A stretch of DNA of 64,000 nt from Octopus sinensis (lineage: Eukaryota), in the NCBI RefSeq assembly GCF_006345805.1, contig NC_043001.1, positions 123,752,001-123,816,000 on the forward strand, given 5' to 3'. Below are positions 26,963 to 39,214 of this stretch, piece after piece. The number at the start of each line of letters is the position of its first letter. The stretch's first letter is position 1. The notes beneath the pieces are model-generated. The model was not told the DNA's origin. It searched no databases and saw nothing but the letters and a program-made list of their open reading frames with translations. The translations under genes were made by a program, and so were the position numbers.

Positions 26963-27628
26963 TTTTCTAATTTTGGCACATGGCCAGCAGATTTTGAAAG
27001 AAGGAGAAGACTACTACATCGACTCCAGTATTTAACTGCCACTTTATAGACCCCTAAAGGATCAAAGGTAAAACCTGACCTCGGTGGGACGTACACAGAA
27101 CGTAGGGATCCAGACAAAATGCTATGGAAATTGTACGACGTGCCAGCGATTCTGGTAGCTGACCTTAATAACAAGCCCTACTACGCAAGGCATAAGGGCT
27201 GAAATTTCGGAGGACAGTGTAAGTCGATTACACCGACCCCAGTACTCAACTGGTACTTATTTTATCGACCCGAAAGAATGAATGGTAAAGTCGACCTCGG
27301 CCGAATTTGTACTCAGAACGTAACTACAGACGAAATGCCTATTTCTTTACTACCCACAAGGGGCTAAACACAGAGAGGACAAACAAAGACAGACAAACAG
27401 ATGAAGTCGATTATATCGACCCCAGTGCGTAACTGGTATTTATTTAATCGACCCCGAAAGGATGATAGGCCAAGTCGACCTCGGCGGAATTTGGCCGCAT
27501 TTCTCTTAATAATAATGATGATGATTTCAAATTTTGACACAGGGCCAGCAATTCTGGGGGAAGGGGTATGTCTATTACAGCAACCCCAGTGCTCCACTGT
27601 TACTTATTTTATCGACCCCGAATGAATG
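26963..27628 (-). mobile_element. Cluster of SINE A-related copies, including a head-to-tail dimer joined at ~27338
   Basis: Repeated atcgacccc(a/g)...aagtcgacctcgg blocks at ~27020, 27230, 27410 and 27610; junction agacgaaatg|cctatttctttactacc. Confidence 0.75.
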
Positions 27629-28183
27629 AATATTTAATATATCACGATGATATTAAATTAAAAATTTCGTCAAATTGGTAAAAATGTAGGATGTAACCTA
27701 ATCTCCATTCGTGCCCCAACATTACAGTGTTTGGTGACGTACATTGCCATCACCATGGCCATCGTAATTACCACCACCACCATCAACAAGAACAACAACA
27801 ACAACATATTCATGAATAACAATTGTGCTGCTCCGTTTTGTACAGCTAGCATCTCGATGTTATCTATGCGACTCGTAAACACCAGTCAGTTTTGTTTTGG
27901 TTTAGATCGTGTCAAAATAATACTATAAAATAATTTTCTTCCTTTCTGTGCGTTTATCATCGCGGCACTGTACGTATTTTACAAATATTAAACTATCGAA
28001 GGGTCATATCGCCTTGTTGTCTACTTTTATTGTTGTTGTTGATTTTAACTGGCCCCAGTAACTTTACAGGTCGAAAATAAAATTCAGCCAGCTAAATTGT
28101 CTAGTCGTATATTATCCACCCTCCTTATCGTTTATCTGATATATTTATATATGTATATATATACACATATATATATATATATA

Positions 28184-28385
28184 CTTTATTTTAAGCAGCA
28201 GAAAATTCAACAAAATCTGTTACTCTGAGTTTCTCGTTGCCGTTCGTCTGATGAACGGCAACGAGAAACTCCGAGTAACAGATTTTGTTGAATTTTCTGC
28301 TGCTTAAAATAAAGCATATTACTCTACCACTGGTATTTGAGTACTCTTTTTTCCACCTTGTTTCACATTTATGTGTTTACTCCGG
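28184..28385. repeat. Family H2 copy containing a 62-bp-arm near-perfect palindrome and a hammerhead-like core
   Basis: Arms 28184-28245 and 28253-28314 have 1 mismatch and a 7-nt loop. ctgatga-acg-gcaa-cga-gaa-actc-c-gagt-a-acag occurs at 28248-28281. Confidence 0.8.
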
Positions 28386-28394
28386 TATATATAT

Positions 28395-28448
<54 letters not shown>

Positions 28449-28486
28449 TATCATTTATTTTTTTTACTTCTCTCGGCCATTAGACC

Positions 28487-28660
28487 GGAGCCATTCTGAG
28501 GCAGCGCTTTGAATGAGTTTTAGTCAAATGAATCAACTCCAATACTTACCTTTCTAAGCCTGGTATTTATTCTATCGGTCTCTTTTGCCGAGTTAAGTTA
28601 CTGGGGACGTAAGCACACCAACACCGGTTGTCAAGCGGTCGTAAGGAACAGACGCAAACT
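28487..28660 (-). mobile_element. SINE family B 3' fragment
   Basis: tattctatcggtctcttttgccg...acaccggttgtcaagc matches 7850-7925. Confidence 0.65.
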
Positions 28661-29035
28661 CAAACACACACACGCGTAGATACACACACACACACACACT
28701 AACATATCAACAAATAGACATAAAACATCTGTACATCGTGCATCTATATTTGGCTGATGCCTAGTGTGTACTTCCAAACTTAACTTGTCTCGAGCATTGG
28801 CGTATCTTTATGCTCTGAAACGTAGGGTAGAGTCATGTCGTCCAGCGACTATTTAGAGACCTCCTTGCTGGTCGCTCTCCCGTAAATGGGGACCCTGTGA
28901 ATGCAATATAACCATTATAAACAAGAATTTTGGAAGTAGGAAATATTGTTTTGTCTTTTAGTATTGCATTCATGTTGAACTGAGAACATAGAAACAAATA
29001 AGCGTTGATAATACGGCCATGTTCTAAACAGTATC

Positions 29036-29255
29036 TATTTCTTTATTGCCCACAGGGGGCTAAACATAGAGGGGACAAACAAGGACAGACAAAGGGATTA
29101 AGTCAATTACATCGACCCCAGTGCGTAACGGGTACTTATTTAATCGACCCCGAAAGGATGAAAGGCAAATCGACCTCGGCGGAATTTGAACTCAGAACGT
29201 AGCGGCAGACGAAATACGGCTACACATTTCGCCCGGCGTGCTAACGGTTCTGCCA
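29036..29255 (-). mobile_element. SINE family A with 10-bp TSD
   Basis: Family A sequence; direct repeat aaacagtatc at 29026-29035 and 29256-29265. Confidence 0.88.
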
Positions 29256-30899
29256 AAACAGTATCACCATCAACAATATAAAGTGAGTTCGATATTGATG
29301 AAGAAAAGTGATTGATTTCACTAAAAACTTCCATCCACCACTTACAGGCTTTTATTTCATCGACTGCAGCGATTGATTGTAACATTTCTTGGTGTTTGAA
29401 GTCCATCTAATATTTAATTGTTTTGAGTACAACGATCATGACTGTCTTTGATGTTTGAAGACTTCAGTTTACTTAGGATGACATTCTGTCTGTTAGCAAT
29501 TTTCTGCATTCGAAAGAACTTGAATCGTTCTTCCGCTTCTGAAACAACTGTTAGTATTTTGTTAATGGAATTCATTTACATGTCTGCCTCTCAGTCATTA
29601 TTACCTCCTACTACTCCCCGAAACGTCGTAACCGTCTATTTTTCTCTATATATTTCTGTTTTACATTTTTTTGTCCGTTTTTCATCGCTGACATCCAACG
29701 TCTATTCTGGCTTATCTTCATTCAGACGCTGTCTCTTTTCATAGCTGCTACTTATAAAGAATGCCACTTATAGTGTCTACTATTCTCTAACATTCTATCT
29801 CATTACGGGAAATTTATGACGTCAATAATAAGCAAAAAAAAAATGTTAAATATAACTATAACCATACAGATTCAAACACACACAAGCGCACGCACACGCA
29901 TCTGTATAATCGTATATAAAATATATGTAGTAAAATCGATCAAAAGAGTTTAGTTATCCTACCGTCGGGAGTGGAATACAGCTCCTGTCGATGTACATCA
30001 ACACAAGACTCTTTGGAGTCTGCTCGTTCAGATACAAACTAATAGCATAGATATATGCGAACAAATATGCACACACGCTTAAAATTTTTTATTTTTAATC
30101 GGCAGAAGAGGACGTAATAAATTGAAATGCTGACAGTTTCGTGCACGGCAGTGATCACACTAAACAATTGTTACGCATGGCACTTTCATCATTTGATGTC
30201 ACAAAACCTATCAAAACTTGAATCCAATATCTAAGCGTTAATCTAAGATTATCTATGAAGAAAAGTAACTTATATCCCACAAACCATGAATCTACAAGCA
30301 CAATCGTAATATGCCGGAATGAAGGACAACTTAGAAGATATAAAAATTACAAACAAGCATAACGACTATGTTTTCTCATCAGCAGCTGCCAATCTGATAT
30401 CACTATAGTTTCAACGCCTGGGCTGTATCATTTAATGTCAACAACTTTAACGGCGTACATGTATCCAGATAAACGTTTATAATCCTCTGGAAAGAAACCG
30501 ATGCGAGTTCTACAAATAATACAAGTCGATGCTTTGTGCTTTTTAGCCTGTTTTTCAATATTTTGTATTTAGGGCTCATTTCTCAGGAAATCTGGCTATA
30601 ATTTCTATATTTTTAAAGAATGCGAATATTTTGGATGACACAGACAGACACGGGTGCCAGCAGTTTCAGTGAAAGGCTAAAACAGAAAATAAAACTAGGG
30701 ATTTAAACCGCATCGTAAACACAATTTTTCGAATTGTTTCTGTTAATCTACTAAGTAAACCGATAAAGATGAAATTAATCGCAATAGCAAATGTTGCATC
30801 AGAGTTTGCAGCAAAAAGATGATAAATAAATGAAGATGAACTTTACCAATGTGAGTGCTGACAGTACTAAAATCATATATAATCGACCAATATACAATT

Positions 30900-31481
30900 G
30901 TCATCTCGATCGACGACGACGACGACGACGACGACGATGATGGTAGTGATGATGATAGTGGTGGTGATGATGATGATGATTAGCATTACACTCAACACCC
31001 CCATTCCAGTCATCATTGTCATTATCAGCGTTGTCGTCCTTATCATCATCATCGTCGTCATCATCGTCATCGTTGTCGTCGTCATTGTCGTCGTCGACAT
31101 CAGTATTAACCTCACAACCACCACCATCATTACCACTCCGATAATCACCATCATCATTATCATCATCCTATTATCGATATCATACATACTGGCTTTACTA
31201 CCAACACAGACACTACAGCATAATCATTAGTAGCCCCACCAATTTCATTAACACCAACCCTTATCATATTCATTATCATCATCATCACCGCCATTCTCCC
31301 CTTTTTTCTTTTGCTCCTGCTCTTTCTACTCCATTTTCATCTCATCATCTTTATCATAGACATCATCATCATCACTTTCATCATCATCACCATCATCATC
31401 ATAACCATCATCATTTCTATCCCCTCCAAACAAAACCATCACTACAATTACCATAGTCATTGCGATCATCTTCACCGTCAC

Positions 31482-31519
<38 letters not shown>

Positions 31520-31560
31520 ACATCATCAACATTATCTTTATCACCATCTTTACCATCTTT
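30900..31560. repeat. Mosaic (GAC/GAT/CAT/CAC)n trinucleotide low-complexity tract
   Basis: Runs of gac, gat, cat and cac triplets; gives the poly-I/M/H/T pseudo-ORFs in the track. Confidence 0.85.
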
Positions 31561-32267
31561 TTTTTATCGTAATCGTTACCATTGCATTACCACAATTATA
31601 ACAAGGTAATTAAAGTAACAACAATACATACATCAATATATATATAAGACGACATTTAGAAAAGCAACTATAACTATTTCTTTTTAACAACAGCAACCAA
31701 TGTGCAGCGCATTAGCAGTTGTTGCACAACCAACAGCTTAATTATCATGAACTCACTGTCATCAGCAATAGCGCCAACAGTGGCACCAGCCGTAGCTTCA
31801 ACAGAAGTAAGAGAAGCAAGAACATCTCGTGACAAAAAACATGTGAAGCAACGAAAACCAGCAGCATAAAAAGCTACAGAAACACACCTCAGTTTATATC
31901 ATTAATGTTAGTATTTCGATATTGCGACTTCTATTAGAAGGTAATTGGTAAAATCAGGTTCCATCTGCCAATTTTCGTAATGAATCTGGCACGTTTGAAC
32001 GTTATCCTATAACAAAATGATCAAACTGTATTGGAAATGGTAATAATAATCGACAGAACGTGCTGTATTAAAACAGAAGGGGGAATTTTCAAACCTGAAA
32101 TATAATAGACTCTTACGTAGTTTGTTGTATTTTGTCTTATCCGCACTGTAGGAATTGTCGATAATTCTATCAAAGAACAATTGTAGCTGTATAAAAGTAT
32201 GTTAATATAAAATAAGGAAAGCTACACACACACGCATATACATACATACATACACACATACATACAT

Positions 32268-32349
<82 letters not shown>

Positions 32350-32498
32350 ATATTAGGGAATATAACTCCAAACTTTGAGATCTAATTATGTTTTATAAAA
32401 ATATATTTTATTTGTTATTTATGTTTTGGTTTATGTCTATCACTATTTGAGTTGCATAATAGTGGTTTTATTCCTAATTTATATTATATATATATATA

Positions 32499-32690
32499 AA
32501 GTTAATCCAAGCATGAAAACACAACAACGCCAGGATGTGGAAGAAGTATAGTGTTTTGGACGCTCAAGAAAGGAAAGAAAGGTGGATTAAACTTTTCGAT
32601 CGGAGCTCTTCGTCAGAAACTAAAGAAAAAGAAAGATCCAAGGAAGGGAAGACGGAGGAAAAAAAGCGCCAACGATACACACGCGTTAAC
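32499..32690 (-). mobile_element. Family H1 copy with a hammerhead-like motif at ~32586-32620
   Basis: Aligns to 12232-12476 in the opposite orientation. The strand carrying the motif reads gttt-ctgacga-a-gagc-tcc-gatc-gaaaagtt. Confidence 0.6.
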
Positions 32691-32900
32691 ACACACGCAC
32701 ACGCACACACACACACACACACCACACACACCACACATATATATATTGCCCGAAACGGTCGCGACTTCTGGTACTTTACTGAGGAAAGAAAGCCACGAAT
32801 GACGCGTCTTTTTTGACTGTCCTTCTAATTTTGTTTCTCTTATCCACCTTTGTGTGTTCTGCCTCTCTGAATGTTTATTTTCCTCCATTGCGTTTTTGTT

Positions 32901-33058
32901 GCAGGAGTGGCTGTGTGATAAGTAGCTTGCTTAGCAACCACATGGTCCCGGGTTCATTCCCACTGCGTGGCACCGTGGGCAAGTGTCTTCTACTATAGAC
33001 TCGGGGCGACCAAACCTTATGAGTGTATTTGGTAGACGGAAACTGAAAGAAGCCCGTA
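32901..33058 (+). mobile_element. SINE family B 5' half
   Basis: gcaggagtggctgtgtg...caccgtgggcaagtgtcttctactatag...ggaaactgaaagaagccc, then (TA)n. A 3' half lies at 34131-34266. Confidence 0.8.
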
Positions 33059-33098
33059 ATATATGTATATATATGTATATGTGTATATATATATATAT

Positions 33099-33208
<110 letters not shown>

Positions 33209-33526
33209 AAATGCAAAATGGGACAAGAACGCAAAACATCCGGACAACTAGTTGATACAAAAAGGGACAACAAAACATCCAGGACGGGTTATTCGAAGCC
33301 TTTTATCCTCAGTCAAGAACCAAATCATCTTCGCAATTTCGGCTGATTAATCTTGAGATTGCCCCAATCTGGCAAGCCCCAAGATGAAACTAAGCTAAGA
33401 GCATTAGATTCCTTGGAAAAAAGCATCGAATGTATACGAAAACAAGGACGGAAAAACAGACGATGTTACACGAATATAAATACAGAAAAAAACCAATAAA
33501 ATATAATGATAATAATAATAATAATA

Positions 33527-33580
<54 letters not shown>

Positions 33581-34023
33581 TGATAATAATAATAATAATA
33601 ACAACAGGCATTTTTCGACTGGGGACGTATTGAATTCAGCTGGCGTGTGTGGAAATGAAGCATTACGGCAGAGAGAAGAATATCGATGTGGCAGTGACCA
33701 CGGTGAGGTGCAAAAGGGCTAGCAGGCTGGCCTATGGGTCACGTGAGAAGCGAAGAGAGAGAAAAAGAGAAACAAAAGATTTAAGGAGGGGGTGGAGAAG
33801 AGAGAGAGAGCGAGAGAGAGTTGTAAAAGCAGATAGACAGAAGAATCAAGGAGTGGCGAGACAAAAAGAGAGACAGGGACATAGTGAAGTGAAAAGTGAG
33901 TAACAAAGGCAAAGGAATGTGAGAGAGGGGGGGAGAAAGAACGAAGGGTGAAAAGGTGAAAAAGTCGTACAAAATTGAGTGAACCGTGTACTTACATATA
34001 AGAGAACAAGTGTACGTACGCCG

Positions 34024-34083
<60 letters not shown>

Positions 34084-34130
34084 TGTGTGTGTGTGTGTGT
34101 GTTTTTGTGTATGTGTGTATGTCTGTTTTT

Positions 34131-34264
34131 GTCCTCGTAACTTAGCGGTTCGGCAAACGAGACTAATAGAATAAGTACTAAGAATAAGATCTGGGGCCGA
34201 TTTGATCGACTAAAAGAGGCACTGCTCCAGCATGGCCGCAGTCAAATGCCTGAAACAAGTAAAA

Positions 34265-34266
<2 letters not shown>
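34131..34266 (+). mobile_element. SINE family B 3' fragment
   Basis: cgtaacttagcggttcggcaa...ccagcatggccgcagtcaaatgcctgaaacaagtaaaag. Confidence 0.75.
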
Positions 34267-34309
<43 letters not shown>

Positions 34310-34407
34310 TAGTCGGATGTGCAATCTATATGGGTGACTTTTCAGAACATTGGTTTAAAAGGCCACATCAAATGCCATGATGGTGCTATGGTGTAGGTAC
34401 AGGGAAA

Positions 34408-34640
34408 GGCGGTGAGCTGGCAGAAACGTTAGCACGCCGGATGAAATGCTTAGCGGTATTTCGTCTGCCGTTACGTTGTGAGTTCAAATTCCGCCGAGGT
34501 TGACTTTGCCTTTCATCCTTTCGGGGTCGATAAATTAAGTATCAGTTCCGCACTGAGGTCGATGTAATCGACTTAATACCTATGTCTGTCCTTGTTTGTC
34601 CCCTCTATGTTTAGCCCCTGGTGGGTAATAAAGAAATAGG
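34408..34640 (+). mobile_element. SINE family A, full length
   Basis: ggcggtgagctggcagaaacgttagcacg...gagttcaaattcc...gtttgtcccctctatgtttagcccctggtgggtaataaagaaatagg. Confidence 0.9.
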
Positions 34641-35082
34641 TACAGAAGTTGGTCAAACTCTGCATAAGTAGACAACCACCATATATGGTTATATGACTTT
34701 AACTACATAAATGATATAGGAGCAGGAATTATATGTGATAAACTTCATTAGCTCAAAGTTGCTTCTGCTATAGATGCAGTGCACGCATTTTAGAAGCTCT
34801 GAGGAAGATATAAGGTGATGCACAAGCACTTAGGTCTGAGTGCACTGCATTTTCTAGCTGAAACAGAAGTAAGCTAATGAGGTTTTAAGCATAATTCTTC
34901 ACATTTTAAAATTTCATATTTCGCTCTGTGAAACATATACATTTATTGAGTTTAAACACTAGTTTATAAGTATGCGTAAGTGAGATCTTAATACATACAT
35001 ACATAAATAGTAAAACATACACGCACATGTATATATATGCATATGTAGTTCAAATTAACAGAAAACACATTTCATACTTGTG

Positions 35083-35385
35083 GAGGTACATGGCCTGGTG
35101 GTTAGAGCAGCGGACTCGTGGTCGAAGGACGCGAGTTTGAATTTCAGACCGGGCGATGTTAATGTTTATGGGCGAAACATATAAGCTCTCCGCGGTTCTG
35201 GCAGAAGGGAGTAGTGAACTTCTGCCGACTCTTTCACCACAACTTTCTCACACTCTTCCCCCTTGCATCTAACAGCTCACCTGCAACGAACCGGCATCCA
35301 GTCCAGGTGGAAAACGTATACCCCAATGAAACCGGGGAACCGACCCTTCTCAGCCAGCCATGACTGGAGAAGGAACAAACAATAA
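35083..35385 (+). mobile_element. SINE family C, tail type 3 (older copy)
   Basis: Head ggaggtacatggcctggtggttagagcagcggactcg and central ctctttcaccacaactttctc are shared with the other C copies; the tail gaaaccggggaaccg...agccatgactggagaaggaac is distinct. Confidence 0.65.
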
Positions 35386-35491
35386 CTTATATAACTTTCA
35401 AACTTACCAAAATTCGAAGCTGGCATCATTGATCTATTTTGTCTAGATATTTGAGGTCGCGTTTCTTTTACGTATCAATACGCATCAATTA

Positions 35492-35558
<67 letters not shown>

Positions 35559-35578
35559 ATATATATATAATATATATA

Positions 35579-35652
<74 letters not shown>

Positions 35653-35654
35653 CG

Positions 35655-35830
35655 GGAAGGTTTAAGAAAATAAACAAAAGACGAAGGCAGGTGGAGTACA
35701 AAAAAACAAATGTATTAGTATGGCGCTCAGGAATAGAAATAGAACAAGTATTTTACGTTTCGAGCCTGCGCTCTTCGACAGAAAGATACACAGAAAAGAA
35801 ACAAGGAGAGAAAAAAATGCGAGTAGGAGC
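35655..35830 (-). mobile_element. H1-related repeat with a hammerhead-like motif (35751-35785)
   Basis: Minus strand reads ttt-ctgtcga-a-gagc-gcag-gctc-gaaacgta-aaa; adjacent to (TA)n and (TCTA)n. Confidence 0.5.
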
Positions 35831-35849
35831 TAACGGTCCATAAATATCT

Positions 35850-36310
35850 AACATCAGGATACAACTATTAACTTAGATGCTAAGAACTTTCCTAAGTATG
35901 CTAGCAACCCCTAATAAAACTGTTTTCTGGAGCTGTACCAGACTAGTTTTATGCCTATTTTCTCTATCCATCTGTCCAAATCTTTAGGAATAGTTTTTAA
36001 TTCATCCATAAATACAAGAATGAATTTTACCCGCACTTTCCATAACCTCTGTAACTCAATGGCTAGGTGCTGGTACTTTACTATTTTTTCTATACCGTTC
36101 ATACTGACTTTCTTATCATTTGGGACTGTAAAGTGAATTACCTAGTATTTTCTATTCTCTGTGTGTACTACTACTAATTTAGGCCTTCTCGTTGCTATTA
36201 CTCTGTCAATCGGAATGTAAAATTCCAGCAACAAGTTATGTTTCTTACTTTCTAGCCCTTCATTAGATTCATATTCATACCACTTTTCAGTATGGTCAAA
36301 ACATTCTGGG
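35850..36310 (-). mobile_element. R4/Dong-type RLE-domain fragment
   Basis: EKWYEY...IPIDRVIATRRPKLVVV...EKIVKYQHLAIELQRLWKVRV...QKTVLLGVASILRKVL*. Confidence 0.75.
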
Positions 36311-36494
36311 GGTCCCCACAAGCAGCCCTAGGAAGTCTCCCTCTTTTGGGGAATTATTCATTGTTATAATTTTATATGATTACTGTTTTTATTTACGTTT
36401 TACACGCCTTTTATGTAACCCCACATTGTATTGTCCTGTATCGTTACCAATGTTTTTGCGCGAACCCTCAGTAGTTAATTAAGAATGCAAAACC

Positions 36495-36715
36495 ATAATA
36501 TCATTATTAGTATTCTTTTTAACTCGGGTTCATCTTGCATTCGTAGAGGGCTTGCTCCCTGCAGCTTACATTACTATGCCATCTGTTCTTTTCAACTATC
36601 TAATACTTAACTGATTATTCTGGCCGTACCAAGGAGGCAAACTGTTTGTAGCAGTTCTACTGGGTACTCTATTCCGGCTTGCTTTATATTCCTCTTGATG
36701 CTTTCTAATACTGTT
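36495..36715 (-). mobile_element. Second R4/Dong-type 3' end fragment next to (TAA)n/(TAG)n
   Basis: KRNIKQAGIEYPVELLQTVCLLGTARII followed by a UTR ending in taataat. Confidence 0.6.
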
Positions 36716-36738
36716 CCCAAGAACCCCGCAAATTATTA

Positions 36739-36861
<123 letters not shown>

Positions 36862-37012
36862 TTTTCTATTCTAGGCACAAGCAAGGTCCGAAATTTTAGA
36901 GGATGGGGGCAGTCAATTAGATCGACCCCTGCACGCAACTGGTACTTATTTCATCGACCCCGAAAGGAGGAAAGGCAAAGCCGACCTCGACAGAATTTGA
37001 ACTAAGAACGGA
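36862..37012 (-). mobile_element. SINE A-related copy
   Basis: tcgacccctgcacgcaactggtacttatttcatcgaccccgaaagg...gacctcgacagaatttgaact. Confidence 0.7.
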
Positions 37013-37339
37013 AGTAGTAGAAGTAATATTATTATTTCAAAATGTTTTGTATTTCTCTTTATGACGAAATTTGCCACAATCGATTATCTAACGCAGAAAC
37101 ACGTGTAAGAGATGAAATAAAGGAACACTAAACTCATATTTTATGTTTTTCTTTCACGAATAATGTGCTCTTTACATTACTGGTGGCATCGAACCCAGTA
37201 GGATCATGGGGCACAAGGTGTTTCACAAGAATAATGTTAAGAGCCGCAGTCAATACGATAACATAGTTACGCACGTAGCACAACCATTTCCGCTTATACA
37301 CATACATACACACACATGAACATACATATAAACAAATAT

Positions 37340-37913
37340 CACTTTGATCACTTTGACCGACCAGTCCGTCAGGCGTCCATTTGACACCGCTGGTCACAGC
37401 ACGCTGTCCACTCCTCTCTGGATCGCGCCTTTCTCATCCACGTGATCCCAATCGTCCTCTTGAAATCGTCACTCAACCGTCGTGGAGGTCTTCCGGGTGG
37501 TCTTTTCCACTAACGCGGGTACCACTCGACAGCTGCGTGCGTCAACCGATTATCGGTGAGCCGGGCGACGTGGTCCAGCCCATCTATACTTGCTGCGAGT
37601 ATACTCTGCGATGACATCTCTCACGCCGGACTTCTTTCTGATGATCTTGCTATTTATGTGCTCTCTCATCGAGATACCAAGCATTGACCTTTCCATGGCT
37701 CTTTGAGCCGTTATCAGTCTTTGCTCTTCTCTCTTTGTGGTAGCCCATGTTTCACTACCATATAACATTGCAGGCAGAACTGCACTGTTAATGAGGTTGG
37801 CGCGGGATATCAAAAAGGAGATCTCACGGAGAGTAAAGGCCGGATGGAAGTCGTTCAATGGCATAAGGGATGTGCTCAAGGGAAGGTTGGACAGGACCAC
37901 CCGCGCCAGCCTC
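37340..37913 (-). mobile_element. 5'-truncated RTE-clade LINE insertion with a 5' inversion and 12-bp TSD
   Basis: Minus strand encodes SAVLPAMLYGSETW...QRAMERSMLG...KYRWAGHVARLTDNR...RPPGRPPRR and a ggtcaaagtgatcaaagtg tail. 37805-37913 encodes the immediately upstream peptide DIKKEISRRVKAGWKSFNGIRDVLKGRLDRTTRASL on the plus strand. TSD ataaacaaatat at 37328-37339 and 37914-37925. Confidence 0.9.
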
Positions 37914-38327
37914 ATAAACAAATATACATACTAATATACTTACATTCAGTCATCATCCTAAGTAAATAATTTCCTAGTAAGTTTATCTCACAGAAGTCTA
38001 GCTTGAGAATATCGATCATAATGAAATACCAAGCAGACAGTTTCTACATTTTACGTGCCTGCAAGGTGTTTAAGAACATTGTTTTACACCATTGAAATAT
38101 CTAAATATGTTGGCTTAAAAACAACTGGCTTTACACTAGAAATTAAGTGTTGAAGACTGCTTAAAGTAAGTTATTGCAGGAATATGGCGACAAGGCGAAT
38201 ATGAAATTATTTCGTTGGTTTACGGTTATATTTTTCGAGAGAAATAAAAACTGCTGGTTATTAGATTAACTTCAGTATTTTACTGAAATCATCGATCTGG
38301 GAAAAAAGATAGTTAAATAAAAAAATT

Positions 38328-38419
<92 letters not shown>

Positions 38420-38440
38420 GTGTATTTATGTATGCATATA

Positions 38441-38483
<43 letters not shown>

Positions 38484-38512
38484 GTATGTATATATGTATG
38501 CATGCATGTATG

Positions 38513-38567
<55 letters not shown>

Positions 38568-39030
38568 ATACATGTATGTGAGTATGTTTATATATATGTA
38601 TGTGTGTGTGTGTGTAGTGACAAACTTACAAGCACATGCATACCGAGACATACATACACGCACACTCATAACATAATCAAGCACGCACGTACCCACACGC
38701 ACACACATACACTCACACACGGATATACACATACACACAAACACGCACGCACCACAAACACTATTTTCAGTCAAGGATGTTCAGTTTCTTTTATTCATTG
38801 TTTTTTTTTTGTTTTCTAAACATGTTATTAATTTAGTAGCCGTTGCTGTATTTAACATTATTTGTTCATGTTTTAATAAATTCAACAATGTGAGAGACTG
38901 GAGGTGAAAACATAAGACTTCCAGGAGGTTAAAGCGTTGTTAATTCAGTTACTTATTGGCTACAGAAACTGGGTTACAGCTGGACTCGTAAGTCCTTGAA
39001 CTCTTGATATACAATAGTCCAAGTAATCTC

Positions 39031-39214
39031 TATCGGTGAGCCGGGCGACGTGTCCAGCCCATCTATACTTGCTGCGAGTATACTCTGCGATGACATCTCT
39101 CACGCCGGACTTCTTTCTGATGATCTTGCTATTTATGTGCTCTCTCAACGAGATACCAAGCATTGACCTTTCCATGGCTCTTTGAACCGTTATCAGTCTT
39201 TGCTCTTCTCTCTT
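39031..39214 (-). mobile_element. Internal RTE fragment nearly identical to ~37551-37735, fused to Tx1-like ORF2
   Basis: About 3 differences over ~185 bp; lacks the RTE 3' tail. Confidence 0.85.
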
